Shown here piece after piece: positions 48,770 to 57,004 of a stretch of 64,000 nucleotides of DNA (within the stretch, counting starts at the first letter, position 1; each line of letters begins with the position of its first letter). Origin of the DNA: an uncultured Methanomassiliicoccales archaeon. Lineage in GTDB: Archaea; Thermoplasmatota; Thermoplasmata; Methanomassiliicoccales; CAZOLG01. The position numbers and the translations under genes were made by a program. The DNA is taken from positions 3,114-67,113 of the forward strand of contig CAZOLG010000001.1 of assembly GCA_964580935.1 (NCBI GenBank). Reading direction: 5' to 3'. The notes below the pieces were generated by a model. It was given only the letters and a program-made list of their open reading frames with translations. It did no database searches and was not told the DNA's origin.

Positions 48770-49366
48770 ATGCGTTTGGACGAGACGGACTTGAATATTC
48801 TCAGGGTCCTGCAACAGAACGGTCGACTCTCCTTCCGACAGATCTCGGAGAGGGTGGACGTAAGCGTGCCCACGATCAGCAATAAAATCTCCAATATGAA
48901 GAACATGGGCATCATCAGGGGGTATTGTGTCGACCTGGATCCGGAGGTACTAGGGGAGATCAGCGTGACCCTCAATATCAAGACCAAACCCTCGGAGTTA
49001 GAACCGGTAGCCCAGGGTTTCAAGTCCAATGAACATGTGAGGAAGGTCTTTATCTTGAGCACCGGCCGCCTGTTGCTTACCTGCACCTTCACGGATTCAC
49101 ACCAGATAAATGAGTTCATTATGAGGCTTGGCGACATTCCTGAGATCATCGAGTATGATATCGCCAATGTGGTCTCGGTGGTCAAGGAACAGCATCGGGC
49201 ACTGGTGCACTCAAGTGCCGGACTGGTCCTGGAATGTCCTAACTGTAACTCCACTATACTGGAGGACGAGGTTAAGGTCAAGATCAACGGCCAGGACTAT
49301 TACTTCTGCTCGGAGGTCTGTGCTGAATCATACAAGGAGAAAAGAAAGGGCAAGACTCTTTCATAG
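48770..49366 (+). CDS. Lrp/AsnC-type HTH regulator with C-terminal TRASH domain (CopR/CopT-like copper-responsive regulator)
   Basis: LDETDLNILRVLQQNGRLSFRQISERVDVSVPTISNKI HTH. C-terminal CPNC...YYFCSEVCAESY TRASH motif. Divergent from copA. Confidence 0.85.
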   Translation: MRLDETDLNILRVLQQNGRLSFRQISERVDVSVPTISNKISNMKNMGIIRGYCVDLDPEVLGEISVTLNIKTKPSELEPVAQGFKSNEHVRKVFILSTGRLLLTCTFTDSHQINEFIMRLGDIPEIIEYDIANVVSVVKEQHRALVHSSAGLVLECPNCNSTILEDEVKVKINGQDYYFCSEVCAESYKEKRKGKTLS

Positions 49367-49477
49367 TGGTTATCTGCTTGGCAGCTGACCAGAAGGAGGC
49401 TGCGCCCCCCGACAACCCACGCCGCTTCTTATGAGTCGACTCGTATAGATTGAATAGCATCGCATCGTGGAGCAAGG

Positions 49478-50155
49478 TCACGGCAGCAATCTTCTGAGCT
49501 CAGAAACATCATTCAAGATCTCTCTGCACCCCGCCCTTTGCCATTCGGATTTGCCGTACGATCCGGACAGAACGCCTATGAATCTCGCCCCGCTGGCCAG
49601 GGCACATTTCATGTCCAGGTAGTGGTCACCGATCATTAGGCAGTATTCGGGGGAGGTGTCCAGCAGGGTGGTCAACCTTCGCATGGCGATGGGGTCCGGT
49701 TTGGCCTCATACCAGGCGAAATCGTCCCTACAGATCATATGATGGATAGCTTTCTCTATGCCCATCGTTTCCAGCGCCCTCTCAGCGTACCCTCTCGAAG
49801 CTCTGGTAAGTACTCCCACCTCGTAGCCTGATTCCCTGATCTCGGTCAGTAAGTCCCCCACCCCGTTGATCGAATTCATCTGATCCAGGCTCTTCAGTTC
49901 AACCGCCTTGAATGAATCTTCGATGCTCAACCATACTTCGTTGTGTGAATTGTGGCCAAGGAGGTCTCGCGCTCTTTCCATGACCTCAGCTATGGTGAGC
50001 TCCCAGGACAGAAGGTCTTCGGGTACCCCCTCCCCCTCCAGGAGAACTATCGCTCTAGCTTTCATCTCATAGTAGTCTATGTTGCTGTCCACCAGCGTAC
50101 CGTCTAGATCGAAGATGATACCCTCGATGTTTGAACCATCGCCCTCGGACAGCAT
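49478..50155 (-). CDS. HAD-superfamily hydrolase
   Basis: IIFDLDGTLVDS motif I, a later GVLTRA and GDHYLDM motifs. Confidence 0.8.
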   Translation of the reverse strand: MLSEGDGSNIEGIIFDLDGTLVDSNIDYYEMKARAIVLLEGEGVPEDLLSWELTIAEVMERARDLLGHNSHNEVWLSIEDSFKAVELKSLDQMNSINGVGDLLTEIRESGYEVGVLTRASRGYAERALETMGIEKAIHHMICRDDFAWYEAKPDPIAMRRLTTLLDTSPEYCLMIGDHYLDMKCALASGARFIGVLSGSYGKSEWQRAGCREILNDVSELRRLLP

Positions 50156-50232
50156 GATTTTCGATATACGAAGACTTCCTTAACCTACTTACAGATATCG
50201 ATGGCAACATATCACCATCGTATGAAGTCGGT

Positions 50233-51210
50233 CTATCTGGTATTCTTGTACCATTCCGCAGTGGCCCTGATACCCTCTTCAAGAGGGGTACCACCGTCAA
50301 AGCCCAGCATCTCCTCCGCCTTTGAACAATCCACTCTCTTGTTGCCCCCGGAGCCGAACAATCTCACCACGAACTTGGAGATCCCCGCTTCCTTCTCATA
50401 CCCACTGAGTCTGGCCCTGAATTCTGAGATATATGCCATCAGGAGGGCCAGGTAATAGTTGATCTCCCGGGGATCTATCTCCTTGTCCAGCTCGTTTGCT
50501 ATTAGCTCAAGCACCCTTTTCAGAGAAGCCGTATTTTCGCCGTCCAGGTCGAACGCTTCCCCCGAAACATCTCTTTCAAGGGCTTCCACGAACACATCCT
50601 TGAGATCCTCGATGTAGATCAAAGGAAACGGGCTGGTCCCATCCCCTATCAGATATGTCCCTCCGTTATCCACCATCTTGAACCAGTGATATGAAGCGGT
50701 GAAGTCCCTAGGCCCGTAGATCACCCCGGGACGGAGAGCCACCGCCTCAATGTCTCTGGACTCGCACTCTGAAAACAGCACCAGTTCGGCCTCTGCCTTG
50801 GACCGACAGTACTTATCCTTGATATTCCTGTAGTTCTCAGGACCACCGTTGGAGCCGAATCCCCTCACTCCGAGAGAACTGGCGTGTACTATCCTCTGGA
50901 CCCCGGTTCTTGAAGCGGCAATGACCATGTTCCTCGTTCCTTTGACGTTAACGTCATGAAGGAAGGAGTAAGGTGTCACATGCTTGACGGCACCCGCGCA
51001 ATGCACCATAGTTTCCTTCCCCTTGGCCGCTTTCTCTATGGAATCCACGTCGTTCAGATCACCGTAGTGAACGTCCAGGCCCAGATGCTCCACTGCTGAG
51101 AGATCGCTAGTCTCCCTAGCCAGCAGGGTCACAGTGTGCCCCTTCTCTACCAGAGCTTCAACAACATGTCCTCCCAAGAATCCTGATCCGCCTGTAGCTA
51201 ATATATCCAT
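50233..51210 (-). CDS. NAD-dependent epimerase/dehydratase (extended SDR)
   Basis: ILATGGSGFLGGHVV Rossmann motif, YCRSK catalytic YxxxK. Confidence 0.85.
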   Translation of the reverse strand: MDILATGGSGFLGGHVVEALVEKGHTVTLLARETSDLSAVEHLGLDVHYGDLNDVDSIEKAAKGKETMVHCAGAVKHVTPYSFLHDVNVKGTRNMVIAASRTGVQRIVHASSLGVRGFGSNGGPENYRNIKDKYCRSKAEAELVLFSECESRDIEAVALRPGVIYGPRDFTASYHWFKMVDNGGTYLIGDGTSPFPLIYIEDLKDVFVEALERDVSGEAFDLDGENTASLKRVLELIANELDKEIDPREINYYLALLMAYISEFRARLSGYEKEAGISKFVVRLFGSGGNKRVDCSKAEEMLGFDGGTPLEEGIRATAEWYKNTR

Positions 51211-51366
51211 GTTTAAATCTCCGAATCCTCTGCATTCCTCTCATGGATTTATCGGTAATGAATGTAACCTTGTAGAGAGCAGTAGGCGAAGGGTCTGGTA
51301 ATGGACCATCCAGAGTGTTCCTCCATTTCATAGTATAAAAAAGTAACTGTAGCATGCTCAAATACC

Positions 51367-51376
51367 TTTTTTATAG
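51367..51376 (+). promoter_or_regulatory. TATA-box-like element upstream of the repeat-peptide gene
   Basis: ttttttatag lies about 40 nt upstream of the ATG at 51414. Confidence 0.35.
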
Positions 51377-51413
51377 CATCGAGGGCAAATAGCTAAAAAC
51401 AAGGCTGGTAAAT

Positions 51414-51695
51414 ATGGAAAGGAAATCAATTATTGCAATAATAGCTACCGTGGCCCTTTTCGTGGCTGCAGCTGCGATGGTGGTCTCAGGAATGCTTCCT
51501 GTAGGTCTAGGAAGTGATGGTGCGAACGGCATACCGGGTAACAGTCCTCATGGCATACCTGGGAACTCTCCTCACAGCGTAACAGATGCGACTGCACTTG
51601 GAATACCTGGGAACAGCCCTCATTCGTGGGGTTTTTCATTGGATCTCAATCTTGAGCTGCCAACACTAGGGATCCCTGGAAACTCTCCCCACTGA
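51414..51695 (+). CDS. Secreted/anchored mini-protein with 4x GIPGNSPH octapeptide repeats
   Basis: 93 aa. MERK then a hydrophobic stretch IIAIIATVALFVAAAAMVVSG. Exact GIPGNSPH at 51528-51551, 51552-51575, 51600-51623 and 51669-51692. The stop follows the last copy directly. The copies differ only synonymously at the DNA level. Confidence 0.6.
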   Translation: MERKSIIAIIATVALFVAAAAMVVSGMLPVGLGSDGANGIPGNSPHGIPGNSPHSVTDATALGIPGNSPHSWGFSLDLNLELPTLGIPGNSPH

Positions 51696-52079
51696 TCCCT
51701 CTTTTTAAACATTTTCCATCCCACTTTGAACACTTTCTCTTCCACTGATCTTCTGATAGTTTGAGGCGTTTCGCCTCTTCGTAAGATCGTTATGCCGCTA
51801 TGTGGTGAACATGTCTCCCACCGCTTCTCCCACTTTCCTGAATTCACCGCCCCAGTAGACAAGGGCACCCGCCTTATCGTATTGAACCACCGTGTCCGCA
51901 TGTACCGCCGGGGACCAATGCCCCACGATGTACGGCCTCTTTGACGTCTCCTTCATCGAACGAGTATCCGCTGTTCCTGAGACTAAGAATCAGAGTGCTG
52001 TATGCGATCCAGTAGAGCCGGTAGCTCCGGTTGACAATTCAGTTCAGGGTCCTTCTTGAGATCTATCTATGTGGGAGAC

Positions 52080-54773
52080 CTATTCCACAGCGGATATCGT
52101 ATCTGTGATCTCCCTTCTCAGATTCTCATGATCGGTTTCGTCAGCGATCTTCAGCGCCTCCCTGAGCAGCGATTTCCCCTCCGAGGTGTCTTCATTCTGG
52201 AGGTACAGCATACCGATCTCGTACAGCCATGTGCTCAGTTTCACTGGTACCCTTAGCCCCCTCATGATTTCCAGACCAGTTCCGAACTCCTCTTTGGCCC
52301 AGTTCCATTCATTCTTGGCCGAGAAGGCGTATCCTCTGTAGAGGTGCATAGTGGAGATCATCATCTTGTCCTTCAGGTTTTCAAATATGGAGCTTGCTCT
52401 CTCTATCAGCTCCTCGCTTTTCTCCACGTTGCCCATTTCGAGGTAGGAAGCGGCAGCGTTTGACAATGCGTAGCCAAATGTGCTCACGTCTCCGCCCTCC
52501 TGCGCCAGGTCTATAGCCCGGTCCTGGTATTCGATCGCCCATTTCATGTCCCCCACCTCTTTCAGATCGATGCCCAGGCTGGTACACACCTTGGCTATTT
52601 CGTTGGCGTTACCCGTTCGTTCCAGGACTTCCAGTGCCTCCTCCTTCAACCGAATAGACCTCTTGTACTCCCTCATCTGTTCATGGGCCCTCCCCATGCC
52701 GTACAGTGCCTTCCCCAGCCCTACATCGTTCCCAATCGATTTGGCCAGGTCACGGGAATGCTCGAAGTATGAGAGGGCCTCCTGCATCTCACCCCTGCGT
52801 TCCGCGTTCCCTCCCAGATCGTAGAGCACCTCCATCAGGGTGGCCACATCCTCGGACTCCTGGGCCAGAGAAAGACTCTTCTCCAGATGAAACATAGACT
52901 CGTCGAAGTTTACCCTCCTCAGATATATGGCACCGATCCTTCTATGGGCCTCGGCTATCAGTCGTGTGTCCTCGCCTTCAGAAGCGATCTGTATCACTCG
53001 TCTGAGGTTCGCCAGAGCCTGGTCCCACTCCCCCCTAACCTCGTTGATGTTGCCCAGCAGCAACAGCAGCTCGATCTTGTCTTTCTCCATCACTTCCTGG
53101 TGCCCACTCAACAGCTCTTCCACCAGGGGAGCGAACAGGGCGGTGTACCCCCTCTTGAGTATCTGCCTGCCGTGACCTGCAGCTATCTGGACGGCGGTAT
53201 CGAATTCTTCAGCCTGCAGAGAATGATAGAGCGCTTCCACGTAAGATGATATGGAGGAGTCTTCCAGGTAGTACTTTGAAGCCGCCCTGTGATACGTCCG
53301 CCGTTGCCTGGGGCTCAAACGAGAATAGAAGAACTCCCTGATCAGGTCGTGCATACCGATCATACGCCCCGTGGATTCCTGCAGCATGGACTTGGTGAGC
53401 AGGTCGTCGATGGTCTCGTAATCGACCATGTAGTCCTGGTAGCTCATCTCTTCCACTGAATTGCCAAGCTCTTCTTGAATCTCCTCCTCCATGGCGAAGA
53501 AGGCATCCATCATGACTGGGTACCTGAAAATGCAGGCGATCTCCAGGATGTGCTTCTCCCCCATGTTCAGCTTCGAATAAACTTCCTGTTCGATGAACAT
53601 ACGGACGTCTTTTTTCAGAATGGACTGCGGATCTTCCACCAACTGAAGGAACAGTGGATGACCGTCGGTGGCATCGAACACATCCTCTATCGATATCCCA
53701 GGGTGATGCTTGGCCCTGAGCATCTCGATTGCACTGCCCCGCTCCAGTCCCTTCAGATGTATTTCCTCGATGTGGCCGGAGATCACGTCACTCCTGCTGT
53801 AGTACTCGGGCATCTCTCTGCTGGCGGTGATGAGCCGCAGCTTGGGCAAATTGTTCATCACTGAAGTCAAGGCCCTCAGCAGACCCCTCACCTCCTCCCC
53901 TGCATTCTGGATGTCATCTATGATGATTAGGGAACTGACACCTTTTAGGTCGGATTCCAGTATGGTGCACAGCTCCCCCATACTGAGAGCATCGGTCTGA
54001 CTGAGATATCGTTCCAGTCCCTTCTTCCCTATGTTCGACAGGAATTCGGCCAGAGGGTTCAGGAGGATCTTGGGGGTCACCCATTCATGGACCTTGTACC
54101 AGAAGACGTGAATCTTGCTCCTGACATCTTGGGCGAACTTCGCCAGTAGTGTGGTCTTGCCTATACCGGCTATACCGAATACGGAGAGGATATTGGCCTC
54201 ATCTTTCTCGATAAAATCCTCTAGTTTCTCCAACTCCTGCTCCCGCCCGAAGAACTCCCTCACAGTGGGCTTTCTATCCGTATAGTCTACAAACCTCCTT
54301 TCTTCTTTCTTTTTTGACTCGTAGAATGAAGGGCAGTCGAAGGTGCCTCTGGTGACCGCAGAAGCGAGTTCGATGAGGGAATAGCTATTGGGCAGATACA
54401 TGTTCAGTCTGCCCACCTGGTCCTCTGTCTCTTCCTGATCGAAGTCCACCACGGTTACCCCCACCGATTCGATCTCCTCTTTGAGAGACACGCCGTGTTG
54501 GAATCCCATGTGGGTGAGAAAGTACACCTTCCTGATCCGCTTCATCCCCCGCACATGCTTCTTCTGCACAGTGAGGATATCCTCTTTGACCAGATCTCTC
54601 ACTACCTTGGATACGTTGTTCCTGCCCACGTCAATGGCTTCCGCTATCCCGTCCTGGGTGACCTCTTCTGGGGCGGCGGAATCGTGACGGAACTTATGGT
54701 AGTCCAGGAGATGGATGACCACCTTCTCTTTGGAGGTGATCAGATTCTTCCGGTCGGATCGAGTCACGCCCAC
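52080..54773 (-). CDS. STAND-type regulator: N-terminal wHTH, P-loop NTPase (archaeal ATPase/NB-ARC-like), C-terminal TPR array
   Basis: 897 aa. DGIAEAIDVGRNNVSKVVRDLVKEDIL HTH. Walker A VFGIAGIGKTTLL, Walker B LIIIDDIQ. Repeated TPR-like A/L/Y-rich 34-mers in the C-terminal half. Confidence 0.8.
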   Translation of the reverse strand: MGVTRSDRKNLITSKEKVVIHLLDYHKFRHDSAAPEEVTQDGIAEAIDVGRNNVSKVVRDLVKEDILTVQKKHVRGMKRIRKVYFLTHMGFQHGVSLKEEIESVGVTVVDFDQEETEDQVGRLNMYLPNSYSLIELASAVTRGTFDCPSFYESKKKEERRFVDYTDRKPTVREFFGREQELEKLEDFIEKDEANILSVFGIAGIGKTTLLAKFAQDVRSKIHVFWYKVHEWVTPKILLNPLAEFLSNIGKKGLERYLSQTDALSMGELCTILESDLKGVSSLIIIDDIQNAGEEVRGLLRALTSVMNNLPKLRLITASREMPEYYSRSDVISGHIEEIHLKGLERGSAIEMLRAKHHPGISIEDVFDATDGHPLFLQLVEDPQSILKKDVRMFIEQEVYSKLNMGEKHILEIACIFRYPVMMDAFFAMEEEIQEELGNSVEEMSYQDYMVDYETIDDLLTKSMLQESTGRMIGMHDLIREFFYSRLSPRQRRTYHRAASKYYLEDSSISSYVEALYHSLQAEEFDTAVQIAAGHGRQILKRGYTALFAPLVEELLSGHQEVMEKDKIELLLLLGNINEVRGEWDQALANLRRVIQIASEGEDTRLIAEAHRRIGAIYLRRVNFDESMFHLEKSLSLAQESEDVATLMEVLYDLGGNAERRGEMQEALSYFEHSRDLAKSIGNDVGLGKALYGMGRAHEQMREYKRSIRLKEEALEVLERTGNANEIAKVCTSLGIDLKEVGDMKWAIEYQDRAIDLAQEGGDVSTFGYALSNAAASYLEMGNVEKSEELIERASSIFENLKDKMMISTMHLYRGYAFSAKNEWNWAKEEFGTGLEIMRGLRVPVKLSTWLYEIGMLYLQNEDTSEGKSLLREALKIADETDHENLRREITDTISAVE

Positions 54774-54879
54774 TTAATCAGCTTACTTAGAAAAAAGATT
54801 ATTGCTGCAAATGTAGCATGCTCAAATCGGTTTTAAATAAGAAAACCGCCAAATTGCCACTCAAGCTTGGAGAGATAAA

Positions 54880-55461
54880 ATGGTCAGAAAAGACGAAGTA
54901 TCGAAAATATCGCTGCTGGTGGAGGATTATCCCAGGTACGGTTTCCAGGCACTTTCAAAGATTCTCGACGAGGGAAAAGAAGGGTTGTGTATCACAAGGC
55001 TCCATCCCGATTATGTAAGGAAGAAGTACGGACTTGGAGACCTGGAGTGTCACTGGTTGAGTACCCGCAAGGGCAAAGACACCATTTCGCCCAAATCGGT
55101 TGAGCGGTTTATCAACATCATCGAGAAGGGTCTGGACGATAACAAGAGGCTGATCTTCATAGATGGGTTGGAATACGTCCTGATATGGAACGACTTCAAG
55201 AAAGTGATTGATATACTGAGTAGCATCAACGAGTTGCTGGAGGAGAAGAGGGCTGAGATGTTCATATGCGTTGATCCCCTGACCCTGGAACAGAAAGAAA
55301 AAGAGAAACTGTGGGACACGTTCCCCAATTATCCAGCAGATCAACTAGCTGAGATTGATTCTAACAAACAACCTCAGCAAACCTCCTCAGCCTTGCAATT
55401 GAACGACGATCAAAAGAACGAGAGTCTAGTGGAATCAGAAGTATCGCATGTGATTCCATAG
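54880..55461 (+). CDS. DUF835-domain protein
   Basis: GLCITRLHPDYVRKKYGL...CHWLS...IFIDGLEYVLIWNDF...ICVDPLTLEQKE. Confidence 0.72.
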   Translation: MVRKDEVSKISLLVEDYPRYGFQALSKILDEGKEGLCITRLHPDYVRKKYGLGDLECHWLSTRKGKDTISPKSVERFINIIEKGLDDNKRLIFIDGLEYVLIWNDFKKVIDILSSINELLEEKRAEMFICVDPLTLEQKEKEKLWDTFPNYPADQLAEIDSNKQPQQTSSALQLNDDQKNESLVESEVSHVIP

Positions 55462-55906
55462 CCATTTCGTTCAGGGTCTCGATGAACATCTGCAGCCTGT
55501 TGAAGTCATTAAAGGCAGAAAGATACTCTACACCATCGAGCACGACGATCGGGCTTTCGTGCTTCTCCATGTAAGAAGCGACATTATTGCTGATCTTGGA
55601 TAGTTGGGAAGGATGGATATTGGATTTACCGTTCCTCTCGCACAGCCAAACGGACTGAAAATTCTCATCTGGCCAAAGCCTCTCGAGTAGATCGGGGTGA
55701 TATCTGGACAGGAGAAGAACATTCTTGTCCTCCCCCAAATCCTTGGCAATATCAAAAGCCTCATCCACCGGCTCCCTGCATATGAGGTACATCCTCCCAA
55801 AATCGAAAGGGACGGCAGAACCATCTACTGTTGCATGTAGTGATCCAATGCCAGAGACATGGTGTTGAGAGCCTTGGTCCGTTATCAAATGATTCCTCCA
55901 CAGCAA
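55361..55906 (-). CDS. DUF835-domain protein
   Basis: VLLLSRYHPDLLERLW...SVWLCE...VVLDGVEYLSAFNDF...LLIPLDSRSFD. Its 3' end overlaps the convergent DUF835 gene by 101 nt. Confidence 0.72.
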   Translation of the reverse strand: MLWRNHLITDQGSQHHVSGIGSLHATVDGSAVPFDFGRMYLICREPVDEAFDIAKDLGEDKNVLLLSRYHPDLLERLWPDENFQSVWLCERNGKSNIHPSQLSKISNNVASYMEKHESPIVVLDGVEYLSAFNDFNRLQMFIETLNEMAMESHAILLIPLDSRSFDRRSIARLRRFAEVVC

Positions 55907-56101
55907 CTTACAAACGGGTAGTTATTCCTTATCTTCTTGAATAGTTATTAAACCTTCGGATAACAATATTTATCAACTGAACTACAGATAAAGTGGTAGT
56001 ATTCTTTTACCGATGTGTTTACCATTCTGGTTTCGCCTTTCTTTCCACAATGATTACTGGCAGCAAGATATTTTTAGGGAATATCGGGTATTGAGAAGAG
56101 T

Positions 56102-56793
56102 ATGGGAATACCTGGGGTCTCTGCGGGAACGATCAAGGAGATGGCCCTTGACTCCGGTTTCGATCTGGTGGGCATCGTGGATTCAAACCAGATCGGGGCA
56201 GATACTGATCTTAGCAAGACCATAGTGCTGGCGCTGGTCACCCCGGACCGATCTGCAGAGTTTGTATATAAGGTAGAGATCAGCGGTCAGGTACGATGGA
56301 GTAAGTGGATTTATGAGAGGTTGCAGAATAGTGCAAGGAAGTTGACAATGGCGTTAAGGGAGATGGGGTTCAGGCTGAACCGTTGGAGTTTGAGGAGTCC
56401 TGGGAGACGATAGATCTGAGAAGAGCCGCGGTTCAGGCCGGGTTGGGCGTCATGGGAGAGAACAATCTAGTGCTCAATAGGGAGTGGGGTCCCAGGATGA
56501 GATTCACGGCCGTGTTCGCGGAGATGGATGTCGATCTCGACCAGCCGATGCAGACTGAGGTCTGCAGGATGTGTGCTATATGTGTGAGAGAATGCCCCAC
56601 CGAAGCCATCGATGGTGCGGAATTCGAGCGTTCGGAGTGTCTGGCCGAGTTCGACCCTGGGCCCAAGATGAAGGAGATTCAGAGGAGGGAAGTATTCCAT
56701 GTTACGGAGTACACTAAAGAACAGTGTTCACTCTGCATTACCACCTGCCCTTATGGCATGTTCAACGATCTTACAGAAATGGACGGTTTCTGA
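56102..56793 (+). pseudogene. QueG/reductive-dehalogenase-related 4Fe-4S protein split by a -1 frameshift
   Basis: Two overlapping ORFs (56102-56413, 56383-56793) read as one protein if one G is added to the GGGG run at 56365-56368: ...ALREMG|VQAEPLEFEESWETIDLRRAAVQAGLGVMGEN.... The C-terminal part has CRMCAICVRECP and CSLCITTCP. Confidence 0.6.
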
Positions 56794-57004
56794 CCGAGTT
56801 GACTTGGGCACCAAATAGCTGGATGCAGGACAGCTCGACTTTCTATTCCTTAGGCCAGTACCGTGACCGGCAAGCAGGCTCGATGTTCGATGAAGCGGGG
56901 ATACTTCAGCAATTTTGACCAGCTGTAAAAATGAAAATTCCCGGACCCGGATTGTCGTAGGGGACCTCTCATTCCGGGTCCCAGGAGTGGGACTGCATGC
57001 AGTC

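Noticed and set aside
51528-51692. Considered whether the four 24-nt units could be a mini CRISPR array or a DNA-level tandem repeat.
   Set aside because: The units are in frame within an ORF, irregularly spaced (0, 24 and 45 nt), differ at synonymous sites only, and are not palindromic. No cas genes are nearby.
51620-51901. 93-aa ORF antisense to the repeat-peptide gene.
   Set aside because: It overlaps the 3' end of the peptide gene on the opposite strand and has no motifs. Synonymous-only variation supports the plus-strand frame.
51798-52038. Possible degraded minus-strand gene (…LYWIAYSTLILSLRNSGYSFDEGDVKEAVHRG / GHWSPAVHADTVVQYDKAGALVYWGGEFRKVGEAVGDMFTT).
   Set aside because: It has no start codon, needs a frameshift and matches no recognisable family. 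At most it is a gene remnant, so it is not reported as a feature.
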